Notes under the pieces: generated by a model
The model's database searches: none
The model's input: the letters and a program-made list of their open reading frames with translations, nothing else
What the model was told of the DNA's origin: nothing
Assembly: GCA_951406725.2 (NCBI GenBank)
Contig: OX597835.1
Location: forward strand, 49,600,001 to 49,664,000
Length of the DNA: 64,000 bases
Direction: 5' to 3'
Origin: Octopus vulgaris
Taxonomy: Eukaryota
Shown here: positions 58,209 through 64,000 of the stretch, piece by piece
Position numbering within the stretch: the first letter of the stretch is position 1
Layout: each line of letters starts with the position of its first letter
Translations under genes and position numbers: made by a program

Positions 58209-58449
58209 GTTTGGTGTTGATGTTTGTTATTTTATGCTGCTAGATGATGGTGATGATGATGATGATGAGGAGGAGAAGGAGGGGGTGAAGATTGTCATAA
58301 TGCGATTCATGTGTGGTGGTCGTGGTGCATTTCAGTCTATAACTGTGGTTGTGTGGGTGTGTATACATATATGCGTGTGTATGTATGCATGTGTATATAT
58401 GTATACATACATATGCATACATATATGCGCATATGTATGCATAGGTATG

Positions 58450-58491
<42 letters not shown>

Positions 58492-58810
58492 TGTGTGTGC
58501 GCGCGTGTGTGTGTGTGTGTGCCAGTGCGGACGCAGTTAATTACCTGTGAATGTTTATTGGTAGACTCCTCAATTCTCTCTCTTTGTATTTACCTGTCCT
58601 TTTTCGTCGCTTTCTCTCTCTGTCTCGCACTTCCTCACACTTTCTCTTTTCCCTCTCTCTCACTCAACTTCACCGCCCCCCCCCCCCTGAGTCACTCTCT
58701 CTCGCTCTATCTCTCTATCTCTCTATCTATCTTGCTATCTCACTCTTGCACAATGCCAATTTCTTCGACAGGAAGCGTGGGATTACACATGCACACATAC
58801 ATATATATAT

Positions 58811-58854
<44 letters not shown>

Positions 58855-58909
58855 GCATATATATATATATATATATGCATATGTATACAAATATATGTAT
58901 GTATACAAA

Positions 58910-58941
<32 letters not shown>

Positions 58942-58980
58942 CATAAATTTATATATATATATACATGGATGTATGTATAT

Positions 58981-59042
<62 letters not shown>

Positions 59043-59649
59043 GTATTTAAATACATATGCATATATGTATATGTTTGCATATGTATGTGTCTGTGTGTCG
59101 TAATTGTGTGTAAAACCATATGCTTCTTGTTTAGTCTTTAGTTTAGATTTCTTTTGATTTTTTTTTTTCTTTGTCTTTGGCATTATTCTTCATTCTTGGA
59201 GTTCTCTTGCAAATCCATCCAATTCCTTTAATGTTTTGGAGATTTCTGATGGATTAGCAGCTCTGAGCATTTCTGAAATATGAACACAGAGAATATTCTG
59301 AAAGATGATGAGATATCTGGTGGGAATGGTGGGGGAGAACAGTGGGGGTGCTAGGTGTGTTAGTGATGGCGGAGGTGACGGTGGTGGTGGTGGCGGTGGT
59401 GGCGGTGGTGGCAGAAAAAGAGAGGAAAACGAAGGAACAGGCAAACGAACTAAAACAAGAGAAAAAAAATTGAGGTATATGCGCGTGCGCGCGTGTGTGA
59501 AGATTGGTAGATGTGTGCAAATGTATGTGTGTATGTATATATGTGTGTGTGTGTACATGTGTTTACTTATGTATATATGTGGGTGTGTGTATGTATGTTA
59601 ATGTACATAGGTATGCATACACATTTGTGGCTCTATGTGTGTATATATA

Positions 59650-59686
<37 letters not shown>

Positions 59687-59746
59687 GTATATACATATAT
59701 ATATATAAACATATATATGCATAAAAATATATATATATATATATAT

Positions 59747-59816
<70 letters not shown>

Positions 59817-59889
59817 TATGCATATATGTATATATTTATGTGTATGTATACATGTGTGTGTGTGTGTTTGCAGATTAGAGATATTTTAT

Positions 59890-60250
59890 AGCTTGGCTGT
59901 TTCGGTCACTAGACTATGGCCATGCTTAGGTACCACCTTGAAGAATGTGTTGTCCAAGAATGAAAACCAGTCCATCTTTTTCCCCCTTTTTACAGTCTGG
60001 TACGTATTCTGTCCGGTACTTTTGCCGAACCGCTATTTTGCGCTAACGTAAACCCACCAACGGTATATATATATATATATAGGTGTGTGTGTACAGAACG
60101 GGCTTATTTGTTTTCGGCCACTAAATCCATTCACAAAGTTTTGGGTCAGCCCAAGCTTATAAAAGAAGACACTTGCCTAAGATTCAACACAGTGGGACTG
60201 ATCCCAGAACCATATGGTTGGGAAGCAAGCCTCTTACCACACCTACGCCT
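59890..60250 (-). mobile_element. Bipartite SINE (B plus C), inverted relative to 11722-12120
   Basis: Contains cttttgccgaaccgct, an (AT)n spacer, aaatccattcacaa, agaagacacttgcctaag and gaaccatatggttgg. Confidence 0.78.
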
Positions 60251-60270
60251 CTACGTGTGTGTGTGTATAT

Positions 60271-60327
<57 letters not shown>

Positions 60328-60490
60328 CATAGATATATGTGCACGTATATAACTAAGTATGCATATTTGTATATAGAATATGCATGTGTATGATTATAAA
60401 CACACACACATTGTGTGTATAAACAGACGTGTGAATATATATGTTTATATATGTTGGTATGCAGATATAAACATTTGTGTATGTATATGG

Positions 60491-60532
<42 letters not shown>

Positions 60533-60737
60533 ATGTGAATGTCTAACCTTTATTAGTGTAATGGAATATATATATTCGTTTTGTTTTTTGTTGTCTAGAT
60601 TCTTATAGTCATTGCTTCTGTCATCGTCATCGTCGTAATGGTCGTAACCATGATCATCCTCAACATGACGTGCTAGGCATGTCATCTTCCTTATCTTCAA
60701 ATAATTGAAACCAATTATTCTGATTGTTGTTGTTGTC

Positions 60738-60838
<101 letters not shown>

Positions 60839-60849
60839 CATCATCATCA

Positions 60850-60901
<52 letters not shown>

Positions 60902-61345
60902 TGTCATTGTTGTTGCCGCTTTGTGTTTTTGATGTTTGTGTTTTTGTTATTGTTGCTGTATTCTTCAAATATTGTATATGGTATGTGGTTTGGTGATTAG
61001 CAATTTCATTACATACATCCAAACATATGTACATGTGGTTGACACAGAAACATACATACACATACATACATGCACTCAGATATATATATATATATTTATA
61101 TATATGCATATATATATATTGTTTTATTTATTTATTATATTGTTATTATATATACATATATATACATATATATATATACATGCACATATATATATATATA
61201 CATATAGAAACACATATATATAGATACATATAGACACACATATATATATATATACATATTCATATGCATATAAATATACAGATATATATACATATCGCGT
61301 CGATTCGATTCGATTCGTTTCGTTTCGTTTCTTCTTCTCTAAGCT

Positions 61346-61381
<36 letters not shown>

Positions 61382-61781
61382 TAATTTTGTGTTTGTATGA
61401 AACATATACACGCACATATATGCATATATATATTGAAGTGTGTGTGTGTACAAATACATATGTTTAATATATATGTGTGTGTGTGTGTGTGTATTTATAA
61501 ACGCACGCCCGTACACTTCAACATAAATTCATAAGTAAACAATACCAGTGATTATGAGCGAAACAATATGGATCTTCACGTTGGGTGTATTTGCAACGGA
61601 ATATGGGGAAGTGAGTAAAATCGTCTTTTTGATGAATCACGTGACCCGCCTGGATGAATTGCTATGACACCCTTGACCTTAAATGTATGTGGTCTTTCAC
61701 AACCTCTTCACCGTATTATTGACAGCAACCAGTGGCTCCCATGCAAAGTTTCACAGTTTATAAACATATCTATTTTCATTT

Positions 61782-62822
61782 TGTTGAACAAATATATCGA
61801 TCTTCGTAATATTTATTCATTCTGTGAAAGATTTGGGTTGTCTTCGATTTTATTTGATGGCTACGGTCATTTAAAACATAAAACTGGCTGTGGTTGACGA
61901 GACCAGAGATGGAAACCTTCTCTTGGTAAAGGTTCAGTTGTCACTGACTCAATCAGGAAGCGCACAGGATACAAATCGGCGCAGTCGTGGCCCTGGGGTG
62001 TAAAATGTCTGGTTTTGTCTTTGAAAAGGAACTGCACATGAATGCCTTCCGTTACATAATGTGGAGCTTTAGTTTGACTCGCAGTTCCTTAGTTCGGCAG
62101 ACTTGACATTTTCCACCATCTGAAGAATACCAAGTATAAAGAGTTGCTGAATGAGGCTCTTGCCAAGGTATTGGCATGCAGCCTCTTCTTCCTTAAAAGA
62201 AGGCTGCTGCGGTTATCTACAAAGATGAGTGCGAAATTTCATGTAAAAGATTGGTTTGAGAAGCATTTAACTAAAGAAAGCCACTGGGGCGATAGACGCG
62301 GTAGCCATGAACAGCTGGAGGTACTTGCGGTCTCTTGTCAAACACAACTGGAAGCATTTTGTAAGCAAAGGCTAACTCAATGCTCACAGCACCAAACGTA
62401 GCAAAGTGTGCAGGATAAGGAGCGAAATGCTTATGTCCGTGAAGTATCTACTGACGATACTGGCGGGTTCTAAACACAGAGATTTCTTTAGTCAGCTTCG
62501 AACGAAGCATCTTGCAACATCTTGCAATGGCACCATCGTTTCTACGAGGGGCAAAGCATCTGTGCAGCATATTTCACACACACTCACATAAAGACAACAA
62601 CGTGTACTGTTCTTTATCAAACATAGTATCGACAATCTTTCCTGATTGGGGCAATGGCAACTCAATTAACCTTTACCAATAGAAAGCTTCCATTTCTGGT
62701 CTCGTCAACCACAGCCAATGTTATGTTTTAAATAACCGTAGCCATCAAATAAAATCGAAGACATAAGCCACATCTTTCACAGAATGTATCAATGTTACGA
62801 AGATCGATATATTTGTTCAACA
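61782..62822. mobile_element. Element bounded by imperfect terminal inverted repeats of about 180 bp, unclassified
   Basis: 61782-61960 (tgttgaacaaatatatcgatcttcgtaa...tcaatcaggaa) is the approximate reverse complement of 62639-62822. Ends are TG...CA, no clear TSD, and the interior is about 680 bp of non-repetitive sequence. Confidence 0.75.
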
Positions 62823-63243
62823 GATTATATATGTATGTTTGCGTTTGCATCTATATATTACCTAGCTGCGCATGCGTGCGGGTATGTGTGTGTAAGGTTA
62901 TTCGTGCACGTCTCTGGTCAAGAAAAGTATTTTAAAAATCATAGAATATGGAAGCCATTCAAAGAGTGTAACGAGGCTGTCGTTGATCGGACGTCGTGTG
63001 TAACATAAACGTCACAAATCTATTTCACGTAGATATTCAACAGAATGTCAGACGACCTGTGACAAACCGGCGCCATATTAGACACACACACTCACACACA
63101 CACATAAATACTTATACAAGTGTATGTGCGTGCATGTGTTTGCATGCGCGCACGTGTGTGTGTGTGTAAGCATATATGCATTTTTAAGTATGTGTGATGT
63201 ATATATACATATATGTCTAAATATTATACACACACACATACAT

Positions 63244-63278
<35 letters not shown>

Positions 63279-63472
63279 CATACTTTATAATTAGGGTTCA
63301 GCAAAGATTTGCTTTACCACATACCGAAGTTTAGAAATAGCAGTCAAAAAACGTTAGCTATTTCTTCTACTTTAAAAAGGGACTCCCAGGAAAACCAAAG
63401 TAATTGAAAACAATCTACGCAGGCAGAGACGAAAAATAATGAAAAATCAATCCATATCTGGTCACCCTTTGT

Positions 63473-63513
<41 letters not shown>

Positions 63514-63789
63514 GAAGCATATTTATTATGATTGTGAGGGAGGAAACAGATGAAAAATAAATAAACGGCAATCAGACGTCAATTTATGCTTAATGGTCGT
63601 TTGTACGCGTCTATAATCTGCATGTATGTACGCGAATATTTCTGTGTCAACCTTGTAGTTTTTACCTTCCCTTTCTTTCTCTGTCTCCCTCCATCTCTCT
63701 TCTCTCTCTCTCTCTCTTTATATGTAAGGCATTACCTGTCGTATATATGTATATATATATATATGTGTGTTTGTGTGTCTGTGGTTGTC

Positions 63790-64000
63790 CCCCTAGCATA
63801 GCTTGACAACCGATGCTGTGTGTTTACGTCCCAGTCACTTAGATTTTGTACTCGGCAAAAAAGAGACCGAGTGGAATAAGTGGACTGGGCTTAGCAAATA
63901 TATAAGTCCCGTTGGGTGCGAGTTGCTCGATTCTTCCTTCATGGCCATCTCTGTTTTTCCTGTTTCCGCGAAGTCAACTATGACTGAAACAAGTAAAAGT
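63790..64000 (+). mobile_element. SINE 3' module C
   Basis: gcttgacaaccgatgctg...atgactgaaacaagtaaaag. Confidence 0.75.

Noticed and set aside
61890-61935. Hammerhead in the TIR (ttgacga...gaaacc...ggta)
   Set aside because: Core mismatch, no consistent stems I and II, and the GAAAC is not kept in the other TIR.

Overview
Eukaryotic, AT-rich, extremely microsatellite-dense genomic DNA. The SINE families and repeat load point to an octopus (coleoid cephalopod); this is an inference from recalled repeat consensus, not a database hit. The whole window appears to lie inside one + strand host gene, the COE (Collier/Olf-1/EBF, unc-3) transcription factor. Two short coding exons of its DNA-binding domain are present: 15774-15855 ([27 protein letters not shown]) and 51851-51971 (VAVST...[24 protein letters not shown]). 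They are joined in phase across a 35,995-nt intron, and the flanking exons were not found in the window. The introns hold several decayed R4/Dong-type RLE non-LTR retrotransposons, most of them next to (TAA)n runs. They also hold a Penelope-like RT/GIY-YIG fragment, a CR1/L2-like RT fragment, at least five SINE or dispersed repeat families, and two long inverted-repeat elements, one enclosing a hammerhead-ribozyme-like fold. Nearly all other ORFs in the supplied track are microsatellite translations. The best leads are splicing signals in the giant intron: a candidate recursive splice site near its midpoint, a candidate 22-nt poison microexon, and a 229-nt AG-exclusion zone before the second exon. 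All three are motif-level hypotheses that need RNA data.
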